Positions 48,674-62,077 of a DNA stretch of 64,000 nucleotides are shown piece by piece. The position numbers were made by a program, and so were the translations under genes. This stretch comes from Prasinococcaceae sp. CCMP 1430 (lineage: Eukaryota > Plantae > Prasinodermophyta): positions 1 to 64,000 of the forward strand of contig RQSC01000026.1 in assembly GCA_013416795.1 (NCBI GenBank). The letters run 5' to 3'. Below the pieces are notes generated by a model that worked only from the letters and a program-made list of their open reading frames with translations, was not told where the DNA came from and searched no databases. Positions within the stretch are counted from its first letter, which is position 1; each line of letters begins with the position of its first letter.

Positions 48674-48833
48674 TAGTAACTGCTGTCGCAGTCTACGACT
48701 ACTAAAGGGTGCCCTTCATTTGAATTCAGTACAATACGTACATGTAGTACTACACCTCTTTGCAAATGCCGAGGCGATGCGCGCGCTGCGTGCGCGCGCG
48801 TGGACACAGTCTGTTGATCTCCCTTTCTAGTAG

Positions 48834-49975
48834 CTAGCACGCGAATCGCACCTCCCATACGCCCACCGCGTCCGCCCATGGGTTTTCCTTGCCCGTGAAG
48901 TTTGAGGTGAAGACGAGCCGCACGCGTGACACCGCCAGCTCCAGCCGCGGCGACCATTGCGCGACCGCCCATTCGTACATGGGATTGGTGCCGCGCTCCG
49001 AGGGCAGCAGCTCGAAGTCGGACGACGCGCGCACCCACCGCTCGTCGCCGCTGAGCCCAGGCTCGCCCAGGCGCCAAGAACCCCTTGCCTCGGAGCCACC
49101 CTCCCACCGCAGCAGCTCGTCGATCTCCTCACGCGGCGCCTCGAGGTGGAACATGCGCGCTGCCAGAGGACCCGCCGGCGGCACGGGGATGCGCACGCTC
49201 ACGGTGCGCAGGCGCCTGATCCCCGGATGCAGCAGCGCCTGCTTGTCCCCACAGTCGCCGCCAACACCTCGGTCCCCAGCCAGTTCGTACTCGAGCCACT
49301 CACGGCCCTCGCCGCGATGGTACGTACCCGGCGCGCTGATCCACGCCTCGCGGCGCCCCCCGGCCGCATCGTCCAGCCAAGGTACGAGTGTCTCCGCCGC
49401 GCCGAACGAGTAGGCCGCGCCGGCCTCTGCCACGCTCGAACAGCCGGCGGCGCGCACGCGCCTATGCTCCACCCGTGGCACCTCGAGCGATCGCGCGACG
49501 CGCTCCACGATACCTTGCGGTAGCCCCGTCGCTCTTAGCAGGGCTGCCTCCACCTCGTCGCCCGCGTGGCCGCCAATGACGACGTACGCGCGCGGGACAG
49601 GAAGCGGTCGCACGCACTGCCGGCGCGGTGGCCGCGTGCGCGACGTTCGATTGCGCGCCGCGGGGGCCCGGGTCAGCCGCTGCGGCAGCGCGTGAGGGCG
49701 CGCCACCCGCGCCCGCCTGCGACGGCAGTGCACGCGCAGGTGAGCGCGCGCACGCAGCCCGTGCGCAGCGGGACACACACCTCTTGCCGCACGGCGATGG
49801 AGCGGCCGCTGCCGAGCGTGACATTGACGCGGCCAACGCCCGCCTCCCCTCCCTCGTCCTCGCTGGGCGCGAGTGCGTCGCACACGTGGTGGTTGTACTT
49901 GCCAGTCTTCATCCCCGTCAACACGGCGCGCACCACCTCGCCGGCGATCACCGCCGCGCTGCCTGCGGCCGCCAT
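48834..49975 (-). CDS. ~325-aa protein: small SH3-like N-terminal module plus putative galactose-binding-like beta-sandwich (exons 49975-49781, 49616-48834)
   Basis: Phase-0 GT-AG splice. C-terminal part AWISAPG...REWLEYEL...VSVRIP...VRLVFTSN...VGVWEVRF follows a discoidin/APC10-like pattern (fold assignment is inference). Confidence 0.55.
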
Positions 49976-50394
49976 CGCGAGCTCCCGCCCAGCGCGGCCC
50001 CCGCTCCGAGCGACCCACCGCGCGGACGCGCGCGCCGGACGCCGCCCCCCCCCCCCCCCCCCCCCCCCTCACAGAGGCCCCCCCCTCCCCCCACCCGCGC
50101 GCCCACACGGCGCGCCACGCGCGCGCCTGCCCGATCCGGAACTGCCAGGTACGCCAGCCTCACGATACTACATCTCCATGCACGTTATACTGACCCACGG
50201 GAGCCTCTTGAAGCGCCCGTGGGTAGACATGATGTAATTTTAAGATGTGTGGATTGGGGCATGCACGCACGCGGGTGTTGGCGGGCGTACCGCCGCGGCG
50301 GCGCTGCTGCTGCGCCACAGCGCGGGCGGTGGGGTGGGGGGGGACTAGCAAGCTACTGTAGCTAGAGAACGCTCGGCTTCGGAAAGCTGCGCCG

Positions 50395-51912
50395 GTGCCC
50401 GAGCCGGCGGCGGCGCTCGCCGCGCTGCCCGCCAGCGAGCGAGCGCTCGCGCCGCTGCTGTCGCACCGCGCGCTCGTCGTCACGCGCGAGATCGAGTGGG
50501 GGCAGCTCGTGCTGGGCTTCGAGCAGGCGAACCGTTACACCATTCGCGACGAGACGGGCGCCGCCGTCGGATACCTCGCCGAGGAGACCACTGCACTCTC
50601 CATGGTCGGCCGCCAGCTGCTGCGCCAACGGCGCGGCTTCACGGCCACTCTGCTCGACGCCGACGGCGAGCTGCTCATGCGCGTCAAGCGCCCGCCTTAT
50701 CTCGTGTCGAGCACCGCGCGCATCGAAGACGCCCGTGGGAACGTCATCGGGGAGGTGCGTTCCCCCGCCCGCGCGCAAACGCGCGCGCCCGAGCTCGCGT
50801 GCACGTGACACAGCGCGCGCGAACTTTGCCGGGTGTGCTACGCTGCTCCGAAGATGCTGCACTCCTCGCGAACGCTCTGGCTGCCGCTTTTATTGGAGGT
50901 CACCCGATGCTCACGCCAAATCCTCCGCTTGCCACTCGCGCCCGCTCGCCCGCCCGACCGCCCGCGTGCGCAGGTCTTCGGCCGCTGGTCGCCGACGAGC
51001 CGCAACTATGACATCTTCCTGGGCGAGCGCCAGGTCGCGCGCGTGCGCGCGGGATTCCTTGCTTGGGAGTTCGTGCTCGAGGACGAGGCCGGAGCCGTCC
51101 GAGCGGTCATCGATCGCAACTTCCAGGGGTTCGGCAAGGAGCTCTTCACTGACGCGGGTAAGTATGCCATCCACTTCGCCAACGAGCAGGAGGGCGGAGA
51201 GGACAACGGCCTGCGCGCGCCCCCTGGAGGCGTCTCGCGCCACGCGCCGCCACCGGGCAACACGTATGCGCTGGAGCGCGCGAGCGCTGGCCCCGGCGCC
51301 GGCGACGCGTCCGCGCTCATCGCGCCCATCGAGGCGCCGCTTGGCGTCAGCGAGCGAGCGCTCGCGCTGGCGTGTGCCATCAGCGTGGACTTCGACTACT
51401 TCAGCCAGCACAGCCGCTCGGGCGGCGTGCTGTCGCCCTTCGGCCTTGGCATGCCAATCCCCGTGCCGATGCCCGCGCCCGCGCCCAGCGGCGCGGATTC
51501 AGAGGCAGAGGCGCCTGGCGTCGCGGGCGGCGCGGGCGCAGCGGGCGGTGCCGCTGGCTCCGCCGGCGCGGCCGCCGACCCGTCCGCTTACGAGCTCGAC
51601 CTCGGGGAGGATGAGGATGCGGGCGGTGAGGCGTCCGAGTGGGGAGACCTCGGCGGCGATCGATTCGACCTCGGCGGTGGCGGTGGTGATGGTGGCAGCG
51701 GAGGCTGGGGCTGGAGTGACCCCAACGCTAGCGAGAGTGGGCAAGAGCGCAGCGAAGACGGCGGCGGGGGCGGCAGTTGGTGGGGTGGCGATGGAGACGG
51801 CGGTGACGATGATGACGACGGCGACGGCGGCTTCTTCGGCGGCGATGACGACGGCGACGGCGGCGGGGGCTTCTTCGACGCACTCGGGGACATGTTTGGA
51901 GGCGACGACTAG
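50395..51912 (+). CDS. Phospholipid scramblase family protein (AIM25-like; intron 50755-50973; start unresolved)
   Basis: LVVTREIEW...GFEQANRY, RQLLRQRRGFTA, GFLAWEF, IDRNFQGFGKELFTDAGKY, ERALALACAISVDFDYFSQHS. Confidence 0.9.
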
Positions 51913-52132
51913 AGTGCCTTACGCCGCCCGAACGCGCGAGCGCTGCTGTGTATGTATGTATTTGTTCCAAAAGCGTTCATGGCGCATGTTCACTCGTGCT
52001 CGCGGGCGGGCGCGCATGTGGGGCGTGTGCGCGTGTGTGGCAAGTTTCTCGTCATTACAAAATGCTTTCGCGCGCGCGCGCACACTGGCGTAGCGTGGGC
52101 GCGCGGGGATGCCCTCGCGCGCGTTCAACGCG

Positions 52133-53642
52133 CTAGATGCGGTTGAGGTCCCGCTGGAACTTCTGCGCCTCGCGGAACGCCTTCTTCGCGCTCGCCATGA
52201 AGCCACCGCTGCCATCGTCCTCGTCGTCGTCGGAGTCGTCCTGCTCGAGCGCGCGCGTGCGTACGCGTGCGCGCGTGCATGCGTGGGTGGGACGGGTGCG
52301 ATGGGAGGGGTGCGCGTGCGTGTGAGCTCGTTGCAATGCCCGCGTGTGCGCGTCCCCCGCGCGAGCGGCGGGCAGGCGCGCGCGCGCGTGCGCACCTTGC
52401 CAAGTGTGCCGTCATCCAGCGCATCCATGAGGTCGAAGATCTCCTCCGAATTGGGGCGTTGGTCCATCTGCAAGCGCGAGCGTCCGGCTGTCAGGCCACG
52501 AGTCTGCGCGCGCGGGCCAGCGCGCGCGCGTGCACCACAGGCACGTGCACACGCGCACCCACACACGCGGCGCGCGCGCGCGCATGCACACAACGGCGCG
52601 AGCGAAAGCATCCGCGCACCTCCTTCGCGAGTATGTACCGCCCCGGAAGCTCCGGGTCGCCCAGGAAGACGCGCCACGGCGCGGGGTAGCACTTGTACAC
52701 GCTGCCATCGCCGATGGGGCGGATGGAGTACGACTGCGGGTGGGGCGCGCGCGCAGCATGACGGTCAGTGGAGGCCGACGCGACACATGCGCAGCGCGCA
52801 CATCGTGCGCGCCACGCGCGCAGGCGCACGCGGAGACGCGCACGCGCTCGCGCGCGCGCGAACGCGAACGCAATACTCACCACACACATCTGCAGCGTGA
52901 AGTCGCGGAAGGTGTCGCGCAGCGCCAGCCCCACGCCGACGTCGCCGCTGGCGAGCCGGGGGTTGAAGAGCACGAGCGCGGCGCCTGCCTCCGCGGCGGC
53001 CTCGGCGATCGCGATGACCTTCTTAATTGATGGCGGGTCGGGGATGCACACGAACACCAGCGAGGTGTCCTCGCGCACGATGGACGGCAGCCTGTCGTCC
53101 AAGGAGGCGAAGCGGAAGGGCGCGCCGGTGCCCCAGCGGCTCTGCAGCATGGCAGCCACGCCCGCGTCGGGGTACACCGCGACGACGCCGGGCATGGTGG
53201 CGGGGCCCTCGCCCTCCGCCTCCGATCCCTCGCCGTACTCCACCTCCGCGTCGCCGCGCACCATGGCCTCGGTGGTGAGCTCGACGGCCGCGCGGCTGAG
53301 CGCCCACAGGCGCATCTGGTCGCCCTCGCTCTCCATGAGCGCACCGGAGAGCGGGTCGAAGAGCTCGGGGATGAGCAGCTCGCAGAGCGCCTGCGGGTTG
53401 CCGTCGCCGAGGGCGCGCGCGGTGGCTTCTGCCGCCTGCTCCACGGCGGCCAGCATGTCGTCGGGGAGGACGTCGTCGTCGCGCGGCGCGGCGGGCGCCG
53501 CGCCCTCGGCGGCCGCCTCCGCGCGCGGCGACGAGCGCCGCGGCGCCCGAAACGGGCGCGCGCGTGCGCACGCGCGCCCGGCTTCGTGCGCGGGTTTGAA
53601 CGGAATCCCATGTAAAAATGGAATCCATAGGATACGTTGCAT
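52133..53642 (-). CDS. DUF1995-domain plastid protein, multi-exon; start uncertain
   Basis: ELLIPEL, EGDQMRLWALSR, YPDAGVAAML, FASLDDR, NPRLASGDVGVG, YSIRP...YKCYPAPWRVF...PGRYILAKE. Confidence 0.8.
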
Positions 53643-54087
53643 GTGGATTCAACTATTTCATTTGAATTTATGGTGATGTTGAATCCGTCCGCTTCGGGCG
53701 CGCGCGGCCCCCGCCGAAACAAAAACGCCGCGGAGAGGCGCGGAGGGACGCGAATTCGCGACGGTAACCGACGTTTTATGACCTCCGATCGCACTCAAAG
53801 TTCGAATTTCATCGCCGCGGGACGGAGGCGCGGGCGGGCGCGCGCCGCTTTTGGGGGGACGGCGGGGCGCGGGCGCGGGGCGGGGGCGCGAGAATTCGCG
53901 GCGATGAAAACAGTACATTGATGATATTTATATATTTATTTATGCAGAATGGAGCGCGAAATAGTGATAATTGCAGCGGGGTGTTTGTGCTTGCTGCTTG
54001 CTGCGCGCGCAGGGGGGCGGGAGGTGGGGGGCGCGAGGGGGGGTGCCACACCGCCTACGCCCGCATCCCCCCCCCCCACCTGCAACC

Positions 54088-55481
<1,394 letters not shown>

Positions 55482-55770
55482 GTCCGCGCCCCCCCTCTCC
55501 CTTTCTGCGCACAGACCAACGTGCTGGCGTCTCTCCGCCCGCCACCGTCGCGACGCGCCGACTGCGCGCTGCGCGATGTAACACAGAAACTTAAACCAGA
55601 CCTCCCCGCCATCATCCGGGCGCGGCGCGAGCGCCGGCCGCTCGAGCACTCGCCCTGTCGAGCGTGGTGTGGGGGGCTCGCGCGCGAGGCTGCGTGGTCG
55701 GCGCTGTACAACGTAAAGACTTACAACATGCGGGCGCTCGGGCGCCGCAACAAGTTCCTATCCTCGGGCC

Positions 55771-56244
55771 TCAGTACTCGCCGCGGCGCTCGTGCGTGGT
55801 CGCGCCGGCGGGCTCGGCGGCAATGCCGGAGAGCTCACGGATGCCCTCGGTGATGAGCTTGAGGTGCGCGCGCACCTGCGCCGCCTCCTCGTTGCGTCGC
55901 CGGACGGCGTCGTCCAGGATCTCGGCCTTCTTCGGGCAGAACGCCGCGACCTCGTCGGCCGTCATTCCCAGGCGGAAGCCGAGCCCCACGTCGACGTAGC
56001 ACAGGGCGTCGGCTGCGACGTCTGCCTGACACAGCACCTCCGCCCCGATGTCGACGAGGAGGCGGCTTGGCCCACCGTCGGCGCACTGCGCCGCCCTGAG
56101 CGCCACCGACTCGGCGAGCTCGCGATACGCGGTCGCCTTGGCGACGTCGGCGTCGCGCGCGGCCTCGATGGCATCAAGGTCGGCCAGCAAACGGGACGCG
56201 AAAGCCTCGTACGCGGCCACTTTCGCGTTGGGACCGGTTGACAT
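55771..56244 (-). CDS. UXT: Prefoldin alpha-like protein UXT
   Basis: KVAAYEAF...LL.DL, LVDIGAEVLCQADV, YVDVGLGFRLGMT.DE, RAHLKLITEGIREL. Confidence 0.85.
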   Translation of the reverse strand: MSTGPNAKVAAYEAFASRLLADLDAIEAARDADVAKATAYRELAESVALRAAQCADGGPSRLLVDIGAEVLCQADVAADALCYVDVGLGFRLGMTADEVAAFCPKKAEILDDAVRRRNEEAAQVRAHLKLITEGIRELSGIAAEPAGATTHERRGEY

Positions 56245-58467
56245 CCTCCTCTGGGCGCGGGGCGCTCCCACGGCGACGCGGCGCGGGAACGGCGGCGAGC
56301 ACGCGAGCTCCGGAGCACTGCGTATGGCCCTGCGCGCACGTGCGGCGCCCGCGGGGAGGCCGCCACGGGTCGCAACCAGCACATGCGCGTGCCCGAGCGA
56401 GCCCGGCGCGCCGGTGGGTGTCAGCGTCGCGTCCGCAGTCTGCCGCCGAGCGGGCGGGCTTTCTAGCGAGCGAGCAAAGGGCAGGGCACGCTCGGCTCGC
56501 GCGTCGGGTCGTCGGTTCAGAGTGGTGCATGAAGGTTGTCTGCAGCGCGGGACGCCTGCCCCGCCTCAGATCAGGTCTGTAAAGGTGTATGATGGTCATC
56601 GCCACCGACGGCGGCCCCTTCGCGATGCCTGTGGCGGCAAGGGGAGCGCGGCACACGCGCAGCAGCCGGTCGGCGCGGCCGCGCCCCGCGTACCTCGCGC
56701 GCCGCCCGCGCGCTCGAGGCGCNNNNNNNNNNNNNNNNNNNNNNNNNNNNNNNNNNNNNNNNNNNNNNNNNNNNNNNNNNNNNNNNNNNNNNNNNNNNNN
56801 NNNNNNNNNNNNNNNNNNNNNNNNNNNNNNNNNNNNNNNNNNNNNNNNNNNNNNNNNNNNNNNNNNNNNNNNNNNNNNNNNNNNNNNNNNNNNNNNNNNN
56901 NNNNNNNNNNNNNNNNNNNNNNNNNNNNNNNNNNNNNNNNNNNNNNNNNNNNNNNNNNNNNNNNNNNNNNNNNNNNNNNNNNNNNNNNNNNNNNNNNNNN
57001 NNNNNNNNNNNNNNNNNNNNNNNNNNNNNNNNNNNNNNNNNNNNNNNNNNNNNNNNNNNNGGGGGGGTACGCCCCGGGGGCGCGAGGCCGCAGCCGCCAG
57101 CCGCCGCCAGCACACGCTGTGGCGCCTGCCCGCCGCAGGCGCCACGCCCGCAGAGGAATTTTTTTTAAAAAAAATGAAAACAAAAATGAAGGTCACTTGG
57201 CATGCGTATTTTCAAACCCTTCCCTGGCTTTTTTCAGCTCCAGGAAAATGGCTCTCCCGTGAGTGACTTCGACATTCATTTACAGTAAGCGCATAAATAC
57301 GCGTCCACGCGCGTGGCGACGCGCCCATCGGGACGGCATCTTTGTTGGGAAAATGGGGCGAAATTCCACCCAATGCACGCAAAATCCGCGTCACTTTTTA
57401 GATCTGCCTAGGCTCCCGTGGCTGAATGGAGGGTGGCGATGGACGTCACTTTGAACTGAATTCGCGTGGCGTCACCACACCTGTCTTTTTTGTGTGTGTT
57501 TTGGCGGCGCGCGGAGGCGCGCGCGCGCGCGCGCGCGCATCGATTTTCGCGCGCGCGCCCGCCGCCGCCGCNNNNNNNNNNNNNNNNNNNNNNNNNNNNN
57601 NNNNNNNNNNNNNNNNNNNNNNNNNNNNNNNNNNNNNNNNNNNNNNNNNNNNNNNNNNNNNNNNNNNNNNNNNNNNNNNNNNNNNNNNNNNNNNNNNNNN
57701 NNNNNNNNNNNNNNNNNNNNNNNNNNNNNNNNNNNNNNNNNNNNNNNNNNNNNNNNNNNNNNNNNNNNNNNNNNNNNNNNNNNNNNNNNNNNNNNNNNNN
57801 NNNNNNNNNNNNNNNNNNNNNNNNNNNNNNNNNNNNNNNNNNNNNNNNNNNNNNNNNNNNNNNNNNNNNNNNNNNNNNNNNNNNNNNNNNNNNNNNNNNN
57901 NNNNNNNNNNNNNNNNNNNNNNNNNNNNNNNNNNNNNNNNNNNNNNNNNNNNNNNNNNNNNNNNNNNNNNNNNNNNNNNNNNNNNNNNNNNNNNNNNNNN
58001 NNNNNNNNNNNNNNNNNNNNNNNNNNNNNNNNNNNNNNNNNNNNNNNNNNNNNNNNNNNNNNNNNNNNNNNNNNNNNNNNNNNNNNNNNNNNNNNNNNNN
58101 NNNNNNNNNNNNNNNNNNNNNNNNNNNNNNNNNNNNNNNNNNNNNNNNNNNNNNNNNNNNNNNNNNNNNNNNNNNNNNNNNNNNNNNNNNNNNNNNNNNN
58201 NNNNNNNNNNNNNNNNNNNNNNNNNNNNNNNNNNNNNNNNNNNNNNNNNNNNNNNNNNNNNNNNNNNNNNNNNNNNNNNNNNNNNNNNNNNNNNNNNNNN
58301 NNNNNNNNNNNNNNNNNNNNNNNNNNNNNNNNNNNNNNNNNNNNNNNNNNNNNNNNNNNNNNNNNNNNNNNNNNNNNNNNNNNNNNNNNNNNNNNNNNNN
58401 NNNNNNNNNNNNNNNNNNNNNNNNNNNNNNNNNNNNNNNNNNNNNNNNNNNNNNNNNNNNNNNNNNN

Positions 58468-61047
58468 CGCCCGCACCGGCGCGGGCGCCGGGCGGGCTGC
58501 TGCCGCCCGCCGAGCCGCGCGCAGTCGGCAGCGAGCGCGAGCTGGCGGCGGCGCTCGACAAGTGCTTCCGCGAAATGCTCCCTTCCAAGGACTGGAACGA
58601 GCGCATCGCCGCCATGTCGGGCGTGGAGTCCCTGGTCACCGGCGGCGCGGCCGAGGAATTCCCAGGGGCGCTCTCAGAAAAGCTGCGCGAGCACCGCGAG
58701 GTGCTCATCGCGCAGGTCGCGGACCGCCGCTCGGCTGTGATGCGGCAGGCCTGCCACCTTATCGCCACGGCTGCGCACGCGCTGGCGCCGGTGGGCGGTC
58801 TGGACGCGCTGGCGGACACGCTGCTCGCGGCGCTCGGCAAGTGCGTGGTGATGACGGTGGCTGTGATGGCCGACTCGGCCCACATCTGCGCCATGGCGCT
58901 GGTGGCGTTCTGTCACCCGGGGCGCACCGTGCCGCGCTGCGCGCGCTGGGCGTCGCGCGAGAAGGGCGCGACCCTGCGCGTGCGAGGCGCGCAGTACGTG
59001 GCGGCCGCGCTCGTGCGCTGGGCGCCCGCGGGCGACGCAGCGTGCGATGCTAAGGTGCTGGGCGCCGCACTGGAGGCCGTGCGCGGCGCCGGGAGCGACG
59101 AGAAGGATGCCAAGGTGCGCGCGGGGCTGAGAGACATCTTCGGCGTCGTGGCGTGCGCCTTTCCTGAGACGGCGAAGGAGGAGCTCGAGAATGCCGGCGT
59201 GGCGCTCGCTCGCCAGCTCGCTCGCGTGGAGCCGCAGGATGCCTGGGCGCGCGTAGGCGGCGCGCTCGAGGAGGCGCTCGGCTCGGGTGCGTCGGGGCGC
59301 GTGGTGGGTGCCAGGAGCGCCTCTAGCCGCGCGCAGGGTGAGTGGAACCAGTACGTGGGCAAGGGCGCCGCGCATGCGCACGCGCATGCTGCCGCGCACG
59401 GGGAGGCGCGGGGGAGGCCCGCGAGCGCGCATACTGGGTCGCATCCGAGCTTGCTCGACGAAATGCCGGTTGGCGCTGGGGCGGGCGCGACTGGCGGCCT
59501 GGGCGCACCCGCACGACGCACGCGACCAGCGTCGGCGGCGCCGCGTGCCAAGTCTACGGTAGGCGTCGGCAACGTCGGTGGCGGCGGCGGCGGCGCAGGT
59601 GCGGGCCCTCGCAGAGTGCTGCAGCCGAGCCAGGAGAACCGAGCCGTCGGCGCTGCAGCTGGTGGGCCGGGCTCTGCTCGCGCGCGCTTGTCCAAGGCAG
59701 CGTGGGGCACCGAGCCCGTGGGGTCGAGGAACGGCCCTGTGGAGGTGGCCGACGAGGCCGATGCCGAAACCGAGGACGAGGCGCCACGCGCGCTCCCCGC
59801 TGCGTTGTCCCTGGCGGCAGCCGCGCTCGGCGGCGCCAGCAGCTGGCAGGCGCGCGAGTCGGTGCTCGCTACCCTGCGGCTGTCGCTGGAGCGCCACCCT
59901 GGGGGCTGCTCGCTGGCGTCCGCTGAGCGCCTCGCGGGCTGCCTCGAGTCGGCGCTTCAGGACGCCCACTCCCGAGTGGCTGTTGCCGCGCTGAGCGTGG
60001 TGAGCGCTGCGGCGAGGCGTGTGGCGCTCGCGATGGAGCCCACGCTCGAGCGCGTGCTCCCGGGCGTGCTCGCGCGTGCGGCGGACGCCAAGGCGCCAGT
60101 GGCGGCTGCTGCTGGTGAAGCACTGGATGCGCTGCGCTCTGAGTACGGCGGCGAGGCGCTGCTGCCTGCGCTTCTGCGGGCGCTCGAGGCGCAGCGCGCG
60201 CCGCGCGCGCGCGCGGCGACGCTCGAGTTCGCGCTCGTCGCGCTGCCGCGCGCCCCAGCGCCGGCGGGAGCGAATCTGCGGCAATGGGCGTCGCGCGTCG
60301 CGCCGCTCGCGGCAGATCGCGTGCCCGAGGTCCGCCGTGCGGCTGCCGCCGCCCTCGTGTCGGTCTACGAGAGCCTGGACGCGTCTGCCCTCTTCGGTGC
60401 ACTCGTCGCGCTGCCCGCCGCCGAGCAGAGCACCGCGCGGCGCGCCGTGGCAGACTACGTGCCGTCGCTCGACGCCGAGATCGCCGTGTGGGCGCGAGAG
60501 CGCTCCGCCGGCGGCCACGGCGCCGCAGTCGCGGCGGTCGCCGCCGCACGCGAGAGCTACTACGGCAGCGACGGAGGCCAGTATGGCGGAGCGAGCGGGG
60601 GGACGTCTCACGACCAGCTCGAGGCGTCCGCAGGCGTCACAGAGGGCTACGCCGCGCAGCATGCGCGAGCGTACGCGAGCCCAGTAGCGCACGCCCCGTC
60701 CGGCGCGGACGCCGGCGGCCACCCGGCGCAGGGTGGCAGCGCCGGGCGCGCGTCGCCGTACGGGAGGGCCGGGGACGCCGCGGGCGCGGGCGGTGCGGGT
60801 GGCGGCGCCGGTGACGCGTTCTCGAAGTGGACGGTGCCGTCCGACGCGCGGCCGAGCAGCCGCTACGGCGGGGACGTCGACGACACCTTCGATGACGCCG
60901 ACAACATGGTCGCGGCACCGTCGTCGCCTTCGCCGATCCAGTCCTCCGCATCGAAGGCCACGCCGATTGGCGCGCCCGCGGCCGCTGAGCCCGCGAGCGC
61001 GGGCGGCGACGCCGTGCCCGCGAACGGAGGCGCGCCCGCCGGCGCCG
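58468..61047 (+). CDS. CLASP: CLIP-associated protein (TOG/HEAT domains), both ends in gaps
   Basis: DWNERIAAM...DRRSAVMRQACH...TVAVMADSA (CLASP_N), second TOG WQARE...LQDAHSRVAVAAL...LERVLPGVLAR. Confidence 0.85.
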
Positions 61048-62077
61048 NNNNNNNNNNNNNNNNNNNNNNNNNNNNNNNNNNNNNNNNNNNNNNNNNNNNN
61101 NNNNNNNNNNNNNNNNNNNNNNNNNNNNNNNNNNNNNNNNNNNNNNNNNNNNNNNNNNNNNNNNNNNNNNNNNNNNNNNNNNNNNNNNNNNNNNNNNNNN
61201 NNNNNNNNNNNNNNNNNNNNNNNNNNNNNNNNNNNNNNNNNNNNNNNNNNNNNNNNNNNNNNNNNNNNNNNNNNNNNNNNNNNNNNNNNNNNNNNNNNNN
61301 NNNNNNNNNNNNNNNNNNNNNNNNNNNNNNNNNNNNNNNNNNNNNNNNNNNNNNNNNNNNNNNNNNNNNNNNNNNNNNNNNNNNNNNNNNNNNNNNNNNN
61401 NNNNNNNNNNNNNNNNNNNNNNNNNNNNNNNNNNNNNNNNNNNNNNNNNNNNNNNNNNNNNNNNNNNNNNNNNNNNNNNNNNNNNNNNNNNNNNNNNNNN
61501 NNNNNNNNNNNNNNNNNNNNNNNNNNNNNNNNNNNNNNNNNNNNNNNNNNNNNNNNNNNNNNNNNNNNNNNNNNNNNNNNNNNNNNNNNNNNNNNNNNNN
61601 NNNNNNNNNNNNNNNNNNNNNNNNNNNNNNNNNNNNNNNNNNNNNNNNNNNNNNNNNNNNNNNNNNNNNNNNNCGCTCGCCCGTCCGCCCGCCCGTTAGA
61701 CGCATGCCGCCCGCAAGGCGCATCGGTAATACCAGTAGCAGTGTCCCTGCACCCGGCAAGCACCTTTCGTCACGCGCGCGGCGAGCTGTGTGCGCGCGCG
61801 CAGCCTGCGTGCGCGCGCGCTCGACGCGCGCGCGCTGCTCTCAGGAAGAGTGGCGCTCCGTTCACTCATGACATCTGCCAGCGATTCTTATGCGCTCAAA
61901 ATAGGTGGCGGTGGTATGTAAGCATAAACACAAGCGACTGCGTGATCGCGTCGCTGCTCAAGCCGCGCCCAGCGGTTGGCGCGGTCGGCTGCGCGCGTAA
62001 GTGTCGGTTGGTACGTAGCACGTGCAGTGTGGGGTGCGTCGCTGTGCGTCCTCGCACTCGTGGCGTGACCGCCCGTC

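Noticed and set aside
28900-50000. Island as an endogenous virus or transposon
   Set aside because: No capsid, packaging ATPase, polymerase, integrase or transposase motif, and no terminal repeats or TSD were seen.
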